From: Trichoplax adhaerens
Taxonomy: Eukaryota > Animalia > Placozoa
Length of the DNA: 64,000 nt
Direction: 5' to 3'
Assembly (NCBI RefSeq): GCF_000150275.1
Contig: NW_002060944.1
Location: forward strand, 1,005,232 to 1,069,231
The position numbers were made by a program, and so were the translations under genes. This document shows positions 27,701-41,724 of this stretch, piece by piece. The number at the start of each line of letters is the position of its first letter. Position 1 is the stretch's first letter. The notes beneath the pieces are model-generated. The model did no database searches and was not told the origin of the DNA. It saw only the letters and a list, made by a program, of their open reading frames with translations.

Positions 27701-29536
27701 ATAGTAAATGTTTGGTTAAGAAGTTACGAACGTGTTATTATCATAGCTCTGTAAAATTTTGACATTGTACTGCAACCGAACATACAATAGATTGGCTTAT
27801 TAATTTACCAACACATAATTAACTTATGAATTCAGAGGTATATTCTGACGATTTCTATGATGTTTCCGTTGATGACATTAAACAAATGCTTCAAGGATTA
27901 CATTATACCAAGTATGTGGATATTTAAAATTTAAGAATACTCTTTACTTGTAACGTGACTTGTATGTAAATATGGGACAAAGCCTGATATATTTTATAAA
28001 TGTAAATTAAGTTTTAACTAAGTTATGCAATCTTGGTACACTCAAATATTACCTCAGATCTCATTACTCGAACAAAGATCAGCAGATTCTTATGACTAAG
28101 GATTTACGAGATAAAAGAGCTTTGGAAAGTGCTCAAATTTACGATAAGGTATAAGTGGATACCAGTTAATAGCATAATAAATTTTGAAGATATTTCAACT
28201 GTACTATTTCGATTCGTAATGACACTTTGACTTCAAACACTTTCGTCATGACAGATATTTATATGATTTCAGGCAGCAATTCGTTTCTACTTTCCAGATA
28301 AGTTTGTGATACAGGCGTTTTTTAAAGTTTCTGCAAAATGTAAGTTTAATTATTGCATTAGTGGATCAGGAAAGATAGTCTGAGAAACTATACATGAACG
28401 TTATACAAGATTATATAGTATACTTGACAATATGCTAAGATAATTATAACCAGTTTTATACATTTTAACCTTTAATGAATGTGTTATATTTAAATATTTC
28501 AAGTGGAATATGTGTTGCGTACTCATTCGCTTGATACTTTATCGGATCTAGTAACTGAAGTTGAAAAATTTGTAAAATCAACACTGAATGATGTAAACAT
28601 GCCGTTCTATTTATGTAAGTTCGTTGTTATACCAAATTAATATTTGCTTAAATGAAGTAAGGCAACTGTGAGGGCAATCTTACAGGTGTTACAACGCTTC
28701 TGTATTGTCATTGGATTTTATAGTATCTGGGAATTAAATATACTTTTATCATAAATTTAGATACTGCACCACCAAAAAGGATTTTAAATAAAAAGGATAT
28801 GAGATTATATCAGGTAAAGCTATATCACTTTCGATTATCAGCGCCCAATGCAATGAAATGTTATAGTAACCAAAAATATTTAGGCTGGGCTGGTTCCTAA
28901 GGCTATCATTCATGTTGGATGTGATACGAAGCTAGGTAAATGAGCTATGCTTTAAACTTTAAATTCTGTGTTGCCTAAATATTTGACTCATTAAATTGTA
29001 GATAGTTATTTAGCCCCGCAGTACCTTGATATGCGCGTAAATCCAAACTCTCCTGGTCTGTTAAGAGATGTGGACATTAGGTTGTTGATATAGTTGGATG
29101 ATGCTGTTATATATTGTCTACAACATTAACTGTTCTGTTTTCTTCCTTTTTTGTATTCCTTTTGGACTTGCTCTGAAATATCGTTATTTATTTTATTCCT
29201 ATTACTAAAGCAGAAAAACTCAAGCAAGTGATAGTGGATTAGATGCAGCATCTAGTAAAATTAGTGAAAAATCTAGAGCAGATAATATCAAGAAAGGAGT
29301 AGAAACTAACGAAAAACAACAACAAACACGAAATAAAGATAACAAAGATAGAAAGGTTCCAAGATGGTTCCAAATTGGTAAAAACAGTTATTAAATTACG
29401 TTGTAGAATTTCTATGTTTGGATCATGACCGTAACTTTGTACTGTAATCATTTATATCTTTCACTTTTATTAGTAGAAATTTAAATTTAGAGCAGCATGT
29501 GTGATACAGAATTTTTTTATGATAGGAAATAAATAA
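24722..29536 (+). CDS. ASPSCR1: UBX-domain protein TUG/ASPL (tether containing UBX domain for GLUT4), multi-exon
   Basis: Spliced exons give MATKSVVIVLPNARRKSIKVK.., ..HANLPNNVSLEL.., ..VALQVGDGSRLQHSF..SLWDII, DDFYDVSVDDIK, a UBX segment IRFYFPDKFVIQAFF..PFYL..APPK, and C-terminal KVPRWFQI. The stop is at 29536 if the last intron is spliced, otherwise at 29394. Confidence 0.9.
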
Positions 29537-30435
29537 TACATTCCATGGAGTACAGCCAGTGAACCGTTTTGGAAGGAAATTTTAGCCTTTACTCACTTGA
29601 TCTTTTTTATCCATTTAATTATCAATGCAATGCAATAATAAATTCTGTAATTATACTGCGTGTGAATTGCTTATTCTGAATTATTTGCTTGCTAGTGTGC
29701 TAATTGCAATTTTGTAAAGCTTTTAACTTTGTGGAATAAGCGAAAATACAGCTGCAAGTATATTATTTTTCAGGTGTACTATAGCCTGTAATATTCTCTG
29801 TATTTGAGGCAGTAAGAATTTGTAAATGTTTCTATTTTATAACCGTACCTCTAACTTTGATGTACAGAATTTGGAAATAAAATTTCTAGCATATAGCTTA
29901 TTATGACTAGTATTTCACTTCGTGTAATGTGCTTTATGGTTTAAAGCATTGTAATATGTACTGTTTAAAAAGTAGTTGAATACGATATATCGAAGATGAT
30001 TCCTGACACAGTATGTACTTGGTAGTCTCTGTTATATATGCGTGCATTCATGTATCGCTTATGGAAAAAATGTACGGCGTTTGTAGACTCAATGTATGAG
30101 CATCTAAGACAATGTTCTAGCATTGAATCAAACGTTTGTATCTTAATGGTAAATTTATTTTATGTATAGGATTATAGGATTACTTTACCAATTTCATTAT
30201 CCAATTCGTAAGTTGGAAATACTGTAGCTAATTGTATCATTTATCGGGCAGATTTGCTAGACGATACATATGCCTTAGCAGAATTACCACCGATATAACA
30301 ATGAACTTCTGTCATTAAATGGTTTCGATGTTTGGATATTGTTGTCGATCGTTGGATTTATTTCCCAACTAAAAGGATTCTGCAAATAGATTAAGCATAT
30401 AACTTATTGTAATCTTGATGCTAGTTTATGTTAAT

Positions 30436-30820
30436 GTAAAGAAAGCAGAACGGATATAATCCTACTGTATACCAAGTTAAACATAAGATGTTTAAATGGT
30501 ATTTAATCTTGGGTTAAAGCGTGCATCAAGGGAAATAAATAAAAATTATATACGAATATACATTAATCAATTAGTTAATTCATACTGTTACAATATTGGT
30601 ATCCCTAGAAAATGAGTTTCCGTTAAGTAAAGGAAGCACAACGGATATAATCATACTGTATACCAAATTAAACATAAGATGTTTAAATGGTATTTAATCT
30701 TGGGTTATAGTGTGCATCAAGGGAAATAAATAAAAATTAATTATATACGAATATACGTTAATCAATTGATTAATTCATACGGTTACAATATTGATATCCC
30801 TAGAAAATGAATTTCCGTTA
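30436..30820. repeat. Tandem duplication, two 191-bp units
   Basis: GTAAAG.AAGCA.AACGGATATAATC...CCCTAGAAAATGA.TTTCCGTTA at 30436 and 30627, highly similar. Confidence 0.93.
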
Positions 30821-30924
30821 CTTATTTATGTTTCTATACTGCACAGTGTACCCTAGAGACCCTTACACTTGTAGTATAATTCTAAGATTTAGAAATGTAA
30901 TTTTACCCAAAATGTCATCAATGA

Positions 30925-31290
30925 ACGTACTACTGTACCGTAGATAGAAAAGTGGACATTCTGCGCATGCTCATATTTACGCTGTATGTATGTATGTACC
31001 GTACTGTGCTTACGAGCGTTACTGGAAGTCAGGTCTAACTGGAACTGCATGACATGGACTGTTCAGTACAGTACCAGTGTACCGCAAGGACTGTACAGTA
31101 CTGTACTGTACTGTTCTGTATACAGTTGTACAGGATCTCTTATGCATGGAGTACAGTACCTAATAGGGCTGTGTACAGTATATTGTACTGTAGCAGCCAT
31201 GGAGGTGGTCCGGCTATGGTCAGTACTGCGCCTGCCCAAAAATGCGATGCCATAAAGCAGTGGTTTCTGGGAAAGTGGCTTTCTTCTAGC
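30925..31290 (+). promoter_or_regulatory. RPL18 promoter: TACAG/CTGTA tract, NRF1-like site, TCT/TOP pyrimidine start
   Basis: TGCGCATGCTCA at 30962-30973; dense GTACAGTACTGTAC repeats at about 31055-31190; CTTTCTTCT at 31279-31287, about 20 nt before the ATG. Confidence 0.65.
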
Positions 31291-31307
31291 TTAGCAGGTC
31301 GAAAAAG

Positions 31308-32779
31308 ATGGTGAGTACAGCGTGATCGTTAAATAGTATCTACAATTTATCCATTCAATCCTTATTAAAATACTACTTGTACTGAATCATTTTAGTCAAA
31401 CTATTGACGTTCTTGTTATAAACCACGATAGGGTGTCGATCTCGATCATAACAAGTTTAAGAAAACGGTTCGAAAAGAACCACAAAGCAACAACGTTTAC
31501 ATACGATTGCTAGTCAAGGTAAGCATTCCATCGACGTTACACCGTCTAGGATTTAAAGGATGTCAATATTTCACTAGTGGATTTATTCATAATATATTCT
31601 GTTACAGTGCGACAAACGATAAGTTTGATAGCGGTTGAGTGTGTCGTGCTTTAGTAGATACAGTCGTTTTCTATTTCCATGTTGTAGTTAAAGTTTTCCA
31701 ATGATTTCGTCCATTTTCTTCTAGTGTTAGTACATCAAATTATCACTGCAAGTAATCATAGAAATGTATAACTTGTATGAATGTATTCAATTTTTCTATG
31801 CTTAATTGAATAGTTGTACCGATTCTTGGCTCGACGTACGGAATCTCCGTTTAACAAAGTTGTTCTTAAGCGTCTGTTCATGAGTAGAAGACATCGTGCA
31901 CCTATTTCAATAGCCAGAATTGTATGTTGTAATATACTCTGTAAATGATATTATTTCTTTTGGTCGATTTGACGTATATTTCGTACCAATACTGCATCAA
32001 GTAATATTAGAGACTTTTCCTCATGTGAACTGACTATTCCTGTATTTAGCTTCGTAAAATGAAATCGTATGATAGTAACAAGATCACTGTTGTTGTGGGA
32101 ACGGTTACCAATGATATTCGCGTATTAAATTTACCAAAAATGAAGGTTAGTGGTAGTTTAATGGATCGGCGTTCCATTGGATATTATGAATTTCAGATAA
32201 GGACTACTTTAACTAATGGAGATTTTTTATGTTCCAAATTGGATTATTTCTGGATTAGATATGTGCTTTACATGTGACGGAAGGTGCTCGTGAGCGTATA
32301 CTCAAAGCTGGCGGAGAGATCTTAACTTTTGACCAACTCGCTTTGCGTGCGCCTAAAGGACAAAATACCGTGTTATTGCAAGGTATTGAAATACTATGCA
32401 ATTATCGTAATGAATCGATATGAGTATATACTACTTTACTAAGTAGCATCTGTGGACGTCGATATTAATCCCTTGTGATCTTATCAATAGGACCTCGGCA
32501 TGCCAGAGAAGCCCAGAAACATTTCGGACCTGCACCTGGTGTACCTCACAGTCACGCTAAGTAAGTGTAAAGAACTAGATGCAGTAAATAGTATTTTACT
32601 AAAAGAATTAAAAGGCTTTAAGACGAGCTCATGACCTGTAATATGGTGTACTTGCTCTGAATGCAGATAAACTTGTTACTAACATTTTGATTATTTTTAT
32701 TAGACCCTATGTACGAAGCAAAGGGCCTAAATTTGAAAGAGCTCGCGGTAGGCGCAGAAACTGTGGATATAGATCTTAG
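31308..32779 (+). CDS. RPL18: 60S ribosomal protein L18 (eL18), 7 coding exons
   Basis: ATG|gtgagt, then [111 protein letters not shown]. Confidence 0.98.
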
Positions 32780-33291
32780 TGGAAAGGACAGCCAAATGTG
32801 GACATTGTACTTATTGATTCATATAAAATTGGCTCAAATAATGTAATAAAGACCGTAAACATTGTTATTGCACACCGATGTCTTCGGCATTTTATCTTAA
32901 TTACCGAATTTGTATGTGCAAAATAAAAGAAACGAGCGTTTATTTGGAAGAGTTCTTCATTTATTGTTGGGTCTAGCTAGATATCGAATTTAGCTATGGA
33001 TTTAGTATTAATGGTAAAGTGAGATTTCTTATGATAATTTTGGCTTCCGTGTTGTAACTATCGAACATCGCTATATTGACTACAGATAGCTGTAGTTGCA
33101 GTAATCGTTGCTCATAAATATGCCAGTGCTGTAGAAACTGCCGAAACTAACAAGTAGATGATAGTAATGTGAACTTGTCAGATCATATGTTAGTCATGCC
33201 AAGAGTACTAGGAAGTGCTATGCTGTAGAAGAATGGTAATGAATTACTTTTATCATGCATGTGGTCTGTGCAGTGGCGGAATGAATTTAAG

Positions 33292-33315
33292 CAGGGACTT
33301 CTCTAAAAGTCCCTG
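33292..33315. mobile_element. 24-bp TIR-only mini-element (CAGGGACTT-N6-AAGTCCCTG)
   Basis: Perfect 9-bp inverted ends related to the MITE TIR at 22693; flanks ATTTAAG / ATTTAAA (7 bp, one mismatch). Confidence 0.55.
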
Positions 33316-34455
33316 ATTTAAAAGTCAAATTCACCTATAATTATGATTATTATTAAGAGTACTCTTGCGGTACTGTAGCAATGTCGTTGTATTATCTATT
33401 TTAATTTAAGCAACGAAGGGTGTGAGGGAAAGCTACTAGATTATATTGGTTGTGTAATGAATGAGATGTCAAAATTTTAAGAAGAACGTTGGTTATCAGG
33501 ATTTTATAGCAGTAACAAGTACATTATGATGTCGCTGCAATTTTACTCGTATATTCATTTCGAGAGCTATGTTTGACTATTTACCCCTTTACCACAATAA
33601 ATGTAGACTAAACAATGCCATCTTGATGAAATTTCCTTTCACTCTTAGCTTCAGTCCATAGTTGAATGTAGTTAATACTATATATCAATTTATTATACTT
33701 TGGCTTTGTCTGAATTCACCTAGGCTTTTTCGCTCAGTTTTGTATAAGATTTAACAAAATGTTACTTTTACGCGTATAGCACTTTTGGTAACGTCTGAAA
33801 TCTACCTAGGCTTACTTTTTTTGCTAGGTATCGACATTATATCCACTGGACCAAGGTTTCGTTAATCTGCTCTGCAACGAAGTAGCCAATTATAAGTTTT
33901 TATCGTAAGCTATGCAAGAGATGTGCATCGCGTGGAAACACAAGTGTAAATACGTGCTTCTCTGAATTTTTATTTAATCTAGACGCTGAAATTATTCGAT
34001 GACAATTGCAAAGCAAAATGTCTTTGTTTCATTTTTAATAATAATTATAATGATTGCCACTGATAGAAAAACGACCGACCATATTTACATATAAACAACA
34101 AGAAAAAGTTAAATTGTCAATAGGTAACAATGATTCGTACTAATATAAAAATTTTAATTTAATTTCGAAAGATTAGCGACAACCTGTATATCAGTAAAGA
34201 TTTTAGCAACGCGTATAACACTATAAATGACTTTTCACATTACTAGTACCGAAATACAGTACGTAATTACAGTAATTACACTATCCTGCTGGATTACAGG
34301 AATCCTACTGAGTTATATAACAAGCCGCTGCTCATTAGAGATTCTGAGATTTTGTACGACAGCACTGTACATTAGTAGCGTTGATAAATTACTGACAATA
34401 ATTTAAAATTTACCGAGAACAATAACATTATACTCTTATTTAAATCGTAATTTAC

Positions 34456-35922
34456 TTAATCGACATTAGCTAAAGATGCCATTACGATATTTTCACCCCT
34501 TAGGTAAACCTGGTGTAAATATCTTCTGACAATGATGAATGATTGATCAGTTTTGATAACATCTTCTGTTATATCAAAGTTCTTTATACGCCGAAATTGA
34601 TCCGTTCCAGTGACTTTATATTGGAGGGCAGATTTCAACGAGCAGGCATGAATACCCTTCAAGTTTGAATAATTTTCACTGGATGGATCATTTGCGAGTA
34701 GGTGTAAAACAGCCGCAGCGGTACTGTCATGACTCGCAGTTTCGGCTAATACTTTACTTGAATTTTTTCCACCGGCAGAACGCATGAAATAATGTGGCAA
34801 CGTGTAAACTTCGTCTACATCTACTAGGACCTGAGTGTTGTACGTAGAATCGCAAGTGTATGTTAGTTCATTAGTTATCATTCAGAATTATTTGCGATAC
34901 TTGTGTGTAGACGATAATGCATCATATTCATTGCATTCCAATTTTAAATTTGACTGTAATATTGGTAATAGAAAGAATGTATATGTACTACACACTGGAG
35001 TTAATATACAACCGATCATGCTACGCAGGATGACTTACGACATTCATGTGCTTGTCGAAAGCAGCAACAAAACCACGGCAAATTCCTCGAAGTTTATCAT
35101 AGCTACGAGTCCAAATGTGTACCGATTTCCTTTCATTTAACGCTGTATACAGTATGCTAAAAGGTCCGCTTGATAAAACTTTTTGTATGCATGGTAAAGA
35201 ATCACAAAAGATATTGTATTACAGCAGTGCAAGCAATGCAAGGGCAGCGAATCTTGATGGTATAATAAATTACAATAGCACTCGTCTATGTGTATCCAAT
35301 TGTAAGGTACTGACTGTATCAACGTGCAATGTTTGCAATTGCATAGGATATCAATTGCAAGATATTTGCATTACTTTAAGAATGAGTTGAAATTTCGATT
35401 GCAAGAATTACAAGCAATATTGCTATCAGGTTACAAGGAATAGCAAACATGAATCACACAATTTGGACGCGTGTAAGCCAAAATTATGACTATCCTTCTG
35501 ATTATTGAGCAGTAATGACGTTTTGCGATATCGATGCTAGCTAGCTAGATTGTCACTAATCGAATTTGCATCTTGTATAAATGTGTCTACATACGTTTCA
35601 TTCTTTCAAGGACATTTGGCTTGGCTTTATTTTTGAGTTTCTTTTCTTTATTAACAGTACGTGCACTCTTTGTTGCAATGTCGTTGATCTTGATGCCTTT
35701 TCTAGCCGATTTAGCAGCAGCAGCGGCTGTTTTAGGAGGCTGATTGCTGGCGCTCGCTCGATCAGTCTTGCGATTTGTTTGCCTTTGAACGGCTGCCCAA
35801 TACGAAGCTAGATTGTCATAAGGTTGTATATCATCACACGGTGGCTTTAAATCTTTCGTGTAAAGTGCTTTCAAGGCATCAAATTGATCCGATGCAAAGT
35901 CTAAGGTAGGATCTCTTTCCAT
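34456..35922 (-). CDS. LSM11: U7 snRNP-specific Sm-like protein Lsm11, 3 exons (35922-35595, 35178-35039, 34830-34456)
   Basis: N-terminal LDFASDQFDALKALY..PYDNLASY and NVLERM; Sm1 GPFSILY..RGICRGFVAAFDKHMNV|VLVDVDEVY; a long spacer; then Sm2 RYLHQVYLRGENIV. This split Sm domain is typical of Lsm11. Confidence 0.92.
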
Positions 35923-36024
35923 TCATTCGCATCGCTATTCGTTTCTCAGCAGAATTTGGTACCTGCAGGCTAGCTGTAGACTGCTCTCGGATGATTTCGC
36001 GTGTAGAAATTACGGGACTTTCTC

Positions 36025-36600
36025 TGCACTGTACTGTACTGTACAGTGAACATACAGTATTGTTACAGTACTTTGTACAGTACTATACTGTACAGTACTG
36101 TACTGTACTGTACTGTACAGTACAGCACATCACGATCGTGGTTCAAGCTGGTTTGAGGTGCTCTACAGTATGGTACAGTACTGTACAGTACAGTACAGCA
36201 CATCACGATCGTGGTTCAAGCTGGTTTGAGGTGCTCTATAGTACAGTACTGTACAGTACAGTACAGTACAGTACAGTACATCACGATCGTGGTTCAACCT
36301 ACAGTACAGTGCTGTACAGTACAGTACAGTACTGTAGTTTGACGTGATCTACAGTACTGTACAGTACAGTACAGTACAGTACTGTACAGTACAGTACTTC
36401 TATCAGTACGTACTGTAGAATTGGGCCCAAAACTTCCGGGCGACCGTCCGAATTGTGCTGTACAGTGTACAGTACATACATACAGTACTTTATTGTATTG
36501 TACCGTCCGAATTATGCTGTACAATACATACTGTACAGTTGCGTACAGTACAGTATACCCTGTACAACCTACCGTACCGTTACGTACTGTACTGCAGGCG
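36025..36600. repeat. (TACAG)n/(CTGTA)n tract with three interspersed CACGATCGTGGTTCAA modules, in the divergent LSM11/SLC25A17 intergenic region
   Basis: Pentamer runs in both orientations; palindrome CACGATCGTG at 36131, 36204 and 36282. Confidence 0.95.
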
Positions 36601-37148
36601 TGTGACATGTCACTGCTGAAGTGCCGACCGATACACCACACCAAGTCAGATGTCACTGCCAACTGAATGAATTGACACGACCAAACGGGTGAGGTCAGAC
36701 GACTCCGGTTGAAGGGTTCAAAGTTCATACTGTACCAAGGCTTCTGTACATACAGTACAACTACTGTCAAGAATTCAGTGAGAAAAGGCACAAGACCACC
36801 TGAGCCTACCAAAGTCAGTCACCACCGCCGGTCAGGTCGCTGCTGATGAGTGACGCAGCAACTACTGCCTGCAATTCGTCTTCTTGTCACAATTAACAAG
36901 TTGCTTGCCATTGCGGTACTACAGTAAGCAATTTGGTTCAAGGTTGCGCCAAGAGTTTCAACTTTACCGCTAGGGGCTGTGAATGAATTGATTGAGCAGT
37001 GCGGCATTGAAAATTTGGTCAGCATTGGCAGTGTTACTACGCTAATTTTGCCTAGCGTAATACTCCAACATTGGATTCAAAGAACTGGCGAGTGGTTCAG
37101 TTCAATTCAGCGATAAATGAAAGATTGCAGTCGACTTCACTTCAAGCG

Positions 37149-39987
37149 ATGTCAACTCTGCTAACATTTGAAACATTTGTGCACGCTTTTGCTGGAGCTT
37201 CCGTAAGTATTATTCGTCCATCAGATGCATAGAGCACTGTTGAATTGAATTGATGCACTAGCAGTTACTTGTCAATACGAATGGCGTAGACAGCGGAGAA
37301 AGAGCAGAGATATCCCATATCCTACAGTATACAGTTATGGAGCTTACTGTAGGTATTACTATGCATTGTAATGGAGACTGTCTAAATTTGCTGCATAACA
37401 ATACAGCGTACAGTAGAATGGATAGGATTATCGCTGTAGTATTATCGTTCGAGACTCTCCAAGCGATGCTATAATTAATGTCATACAGAGGATCCTGCGC
37501 CTGTATTAAGTGCATGTAGCACATGTAGGATATGACATTCAAACAGCTTTGATTGGTAGAATAAGAAGGATAGCTTTTTCCTATAAAGTAATGTTATTCA
37601 ATCCTTAACTCGACGTACCAAGTTTCCTCCCATGACACTATATTCTGTATTATCAAGCGTTCTGTTATGGTCTACTTGTCATCAATATCCCCATAGCGGT
37701 AGTAAAATTCGTGCACTCGTGCCAGATAAACAAGTAGCAATTCAACCTTATTTTCTCATCTACTTTTAATGTACTGTCCATTCATTAAGGATAAATGGAT
37801 TCTATAACTTCGTACCAGTAGATCATGTTAATGTACTGTCCATTAATGAAAGATAGATGCATTCTACAATCTCGTACCAATAGATTATGTTCGCAAAATA
37901 ACAACCACGACTATCGCGATAGTGCAAGTAGGATGCAGCCTGTCGCAGGCGATACTGGATGACACTCTTGATTGATGGATCAGCAACTTCTGTTTTGATA
38001 TACCGTTAGCGCAGTCTAGCTTGTAGCACTAGTACCATGCTAAAGATGGGATTAGTAGGTGTGAATGTTAGCAATTAGGCAAAAAAGCCTCGCGATACTC
38101 CGTTGTAACAGGTATCAAGCGAATGTCGTCGACAATCAATAATGATTATAACAGAAGAGTATTGAAGCCGTTATATGGTATTATCAATATTTATAGTACA
38201 ATTATTTTTTGCATGATGTAGGGTAGTGCTTTGTCCACATGTGTATTTTATCCATTGGATCTTGCCAAAACTCGCTTGCAAGGTAAGCTTTCCATAATAC
38301 TAGACGAGTATATACTGTAGACGATCGAATGTGAAGCATTAAAACTCTCAAAAGAATTGCCATGTAATAATAATATTATGATCGTCTAGTGGATACACAA
38401 ACCAAAGATGTCCAACCAGTCTATCAAATTTTAAGCAAGATTATCCGCGAAGAAGGATTGTTAGTATCCATATAGAATAGTGATTAGTGATTAGACTGTG
38501 TTAATAATCATCTCTGTGATTGGATCTCGTGATTTACGTTGAATTATTTATATATCTAAAATCGAATGATTATTAGTAAAATAAATATTTATAACTTACC
38601 CGCAACTTTTTATGACTGTCATAGCTCTTCCCTGTATACTGGCTTTGCTCCTGTGGTATTTAGCCAATACTGTTCCAATTTTATCTATTTTTATGCCTTT
38701 AATGGGCTAAGAATGTTGAACCGAGTGAAACAATTGCCATTCAATCAATCTATTAGCGATCTTGTCGTGGGGATGATTGCTGGTAATAACTCTTATTAAG
38801 CTGCAAATGATAATTATAAATTAGTTTTTGTTTTTAATCTAAATATTATTGTAAGTACGAAGCATAAAATAATAATAACAACGTACATGGAGGATATAGC
38901 ATTGAAATCGTTTGCAGTTGAACCAAAATTGAACCTGTTTATCGATATTTATTAGGCTCAGTCAATGTTGTCATTACTACTCCTTTATGGGTTGCATCAA
39001 CAAGACTAAGATTGCAAGGAATGAAGGTCTTAGATTATAACCGTAAACTGATCGACAGGAAACCTTATTTAAATATGTGGGGTTAGTCGATATTAAAGAC
39101 CGATAGCGCGTATTAATACAGTTGTTGATACAGTGTAACATGCCGGAATGCCAGATAGGACGGCCATTTAATTATTTGGCATTTATATAGATTGCTTTCG
39201 GAGAATAGCAAAGGAGGAAGGCGTTTTTTCTTTATGGAACAGCCTCGGCCCATCGCTGATGCTAGTAACTAATCCAGCCATTCAATTCATGTCATATGAA
39301 GCTGTCAAACGGTATATTCGCCGTAATACCGGCGGTGTAGAGGTAAAATCTGCCTGTCATAGATAGATAATAATACCTTATTAATCTTACATTTTACTTG
39401 ATTTGATAGAATTATTTTCATTTCATATTTTAGATATCGGCATTAACTATTTTTCTTATGGGTGCAATATCGAAAGCAATTGCTACTGTTTTGACTTATC
39501 CTATTCAAATTGTTCAAGCTCGTCTAAGGGTAAGAATATCATAAAAGTTTTCGATCTTGCAATGAATCAACTTTCAGGCATGCGTACGCTGTAGAAAGAT
39601 CAACATAAAAATAATAAATTTGTTTTTATTTTATATAGCATAATGCATCTGTGGATGACAATTCTAAGAGAAGGCGTACAGTTATTAATATATTTAGAGA
39701 AATCTTACGGTAAGTCTTGCAACTCAATGAATCTTGTTACACTCTGTTTCCTATAGCAGTTTCATTTCTCTAGTGATGTATAACAAGGATATCATGGATA
39801 GCAGCATTTCTATTTATGATTTAACTGAATATAACTGGTCAACTATAATAGGCATGAAGGATTTCGTGGTTTATTTAAAGGATTAGAGACGAAATTATTG
39901 CAGACGGTTTTATCGGCGGCCTTAATGTTTACTATTTACGAAAAAATTATCGCCTTTGTCTTTTGGGTTACTAGAATTAAGAAATAA
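37149..39987 (+). CDS. SLC25A17: Peroxisomal cofactor carrier PMP34, copy A, multi-exon
   Basis: [18 protein letters not shown]|[87 protein letters not shown]; three mitochondrial-carrier repeats. Confidence 0.94.
37766..37892. repeat. Intronic tandem repeat, two ~62-bp units
   Basis: TTAATGTACTGTCCATT...CGTACCA.TAGAT.ATGTT occurs twice in intron 1 of PMP34 copy A. Confidence 0.8.
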
Positions 39988-41724
39988 ACTTGGATGTACT
40001 CTTCTTAAAATTTTATATTATATTTCAATTTCAATAGACAAACGGAATGTTCTTATTTGGATTACAATAGTATATGCGATATAGTATTCTAGATCTAGTT
40101 ATCCTTCAAGTACTTTTATAGCGTTAACGCTGTTGATATCTATTAGTACTATTCCAGCTACCGTAGATGAAGCTTTTATTTATAATCCCAATTTTAACCA
40201 CATCGAAAATAATATTTAGCTGGCTAGGGGCATTTATAGTCGATATTAAAACATGATTCGTATTAATGGAGGTATGAGGCTGCCGCCTGTTGGAATACAA
40301 ATTTTATGTAACTTGTCAAGATTACTTGGAAGATTTTAGCATCATATTTCTCATCCTCTACTGTAATAAAGCATTGCACAATAAAGTTGTTACTTTATCT
40401 TGAAATAGTGTCAATCTTACAGTGGATGTTGTACGATAATGATAGCTAGCAGACCATGTTTATTTTTGACGTCGTACACTACTTTAAAGTAAGTGTACAG
40501 TATGTACAGCTATAACTTGGTTCATTGCATTGTAGCAATTGATTAGATTTCGATACCTTGTCCTGATTTCTCCTAGAAATAAAGTAAAATAGATCGAATG
40601 AACTACAAGTACTTGTATTTCACGCTTTGCATAGTGTATTACAGATTACATCACTTAAAGTGATATAATTTGAATTATTCCCTCTCCTCTTCTAATCTGT
40701 TAAGAATCAACCCAATTTTTGATTTTCACTATTTACTCAATGACGATGGATGTTGATTTCGATTGGCAATTTATTTATCTTTACTGTACAAAACAGATGT
40801 TGTAGATATCGGTAGCAGAAACCGTTTATAAAACCTCGATGATGTACCTAGTACTGAAATTGTCAACACTAGATAGTTACCAAGTATCAGTAGAGATAGA
40901 GTTAGCAAGGGCTACTAACAGAGAGAAAGAGATAGCAAGTCTTTTTAATTAATTATGAATCAGCACCTTTGCACTTGCAACTAATGCAATACAGTGGTGG
41001 GCGACCAATCGAACACCCCCCAGCCTATTTTCAATCATTGCCTGACATCTGTTTTGCACAGCATCTACCTACTACGCTGTATAATTGCATTTATCCCATA
41101 GCGATTTTCCTTTTACCTTTATCATCTAACCCTCGATCCCCTATGCAATAATGACTTGCTATTGATTGATTGATTGATTTTTACCCTTCAGCTAGCAGTA
41201 CAAGGCCATCATTCCAGTCCGCTACTCTGCCTGTCCGACGCGATCCGAGGTCAAGTCCTTACGGTGTCTAGTAGCTCGGGTTCATAACCCGAGTATCAGC
41301 CCATCACGTGATACCGTTGGAAAACCAACCAATACTTAGCCAGGTAGGGGTGGGTAGGGTTGGGGGTCAGCCAGTACTTCCATACTGTAGTGTAGTAGGA
41401 CGACCTTCGACCCGACCCATGGTGGTATCAACTATCGAGTGTACAATACAAGACATACGGTGCAGTCAAAGACCTTTATCGTTGCAATGTCATGCTAGCC
41501 GATGTCGTCGCTGCTCATACACTTCCGTCATCTCTGGTGATATTACGCATACTGTATGGATGGTTAGGTCATGAATGGAACGTAGTACTGAACGAACAAT
41601 CCTCGACCGGGTCAAGTAGGAGTCAGCGGACAGGAGTATTGCAACTTCTTTTTGCCTTGGTGAGAGCAATCCGCCGATTTCAATTTCAGCCCATCACGAC
41701 AGCAATCGACAAGCTTTCATCAAC

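Noticed and set aside
31519-32703. Intronic snoRNAs in RPL18
   Set aside because: Only partial C/D-like boxes and one weak hairpin (about 31607-31650); no convincing box set or rRNA guide. A covariance-model search would be needed.
32780-34455. U7 snRNA or other ncRNA beside LSM11
   Set aside because: No AAUUUGUCUAG-type Sm site followed by a terminal hairpin was found by eye.
35179-35215. Apparent AT-AC (U12) splice site in LSM11 intron 1
   Set aside because: An in-phase AAG acceptor at 35179-35180 gives a normal GT-AG intron and a peptide length matching known Lsm11.
35991-36812. ORFs rich in Y/C/T/V/L/S/Q (also 30986-31314 and 53809-54280)
   Set aside because: They are translations of the (TACAG)n tracts in promoter regions.
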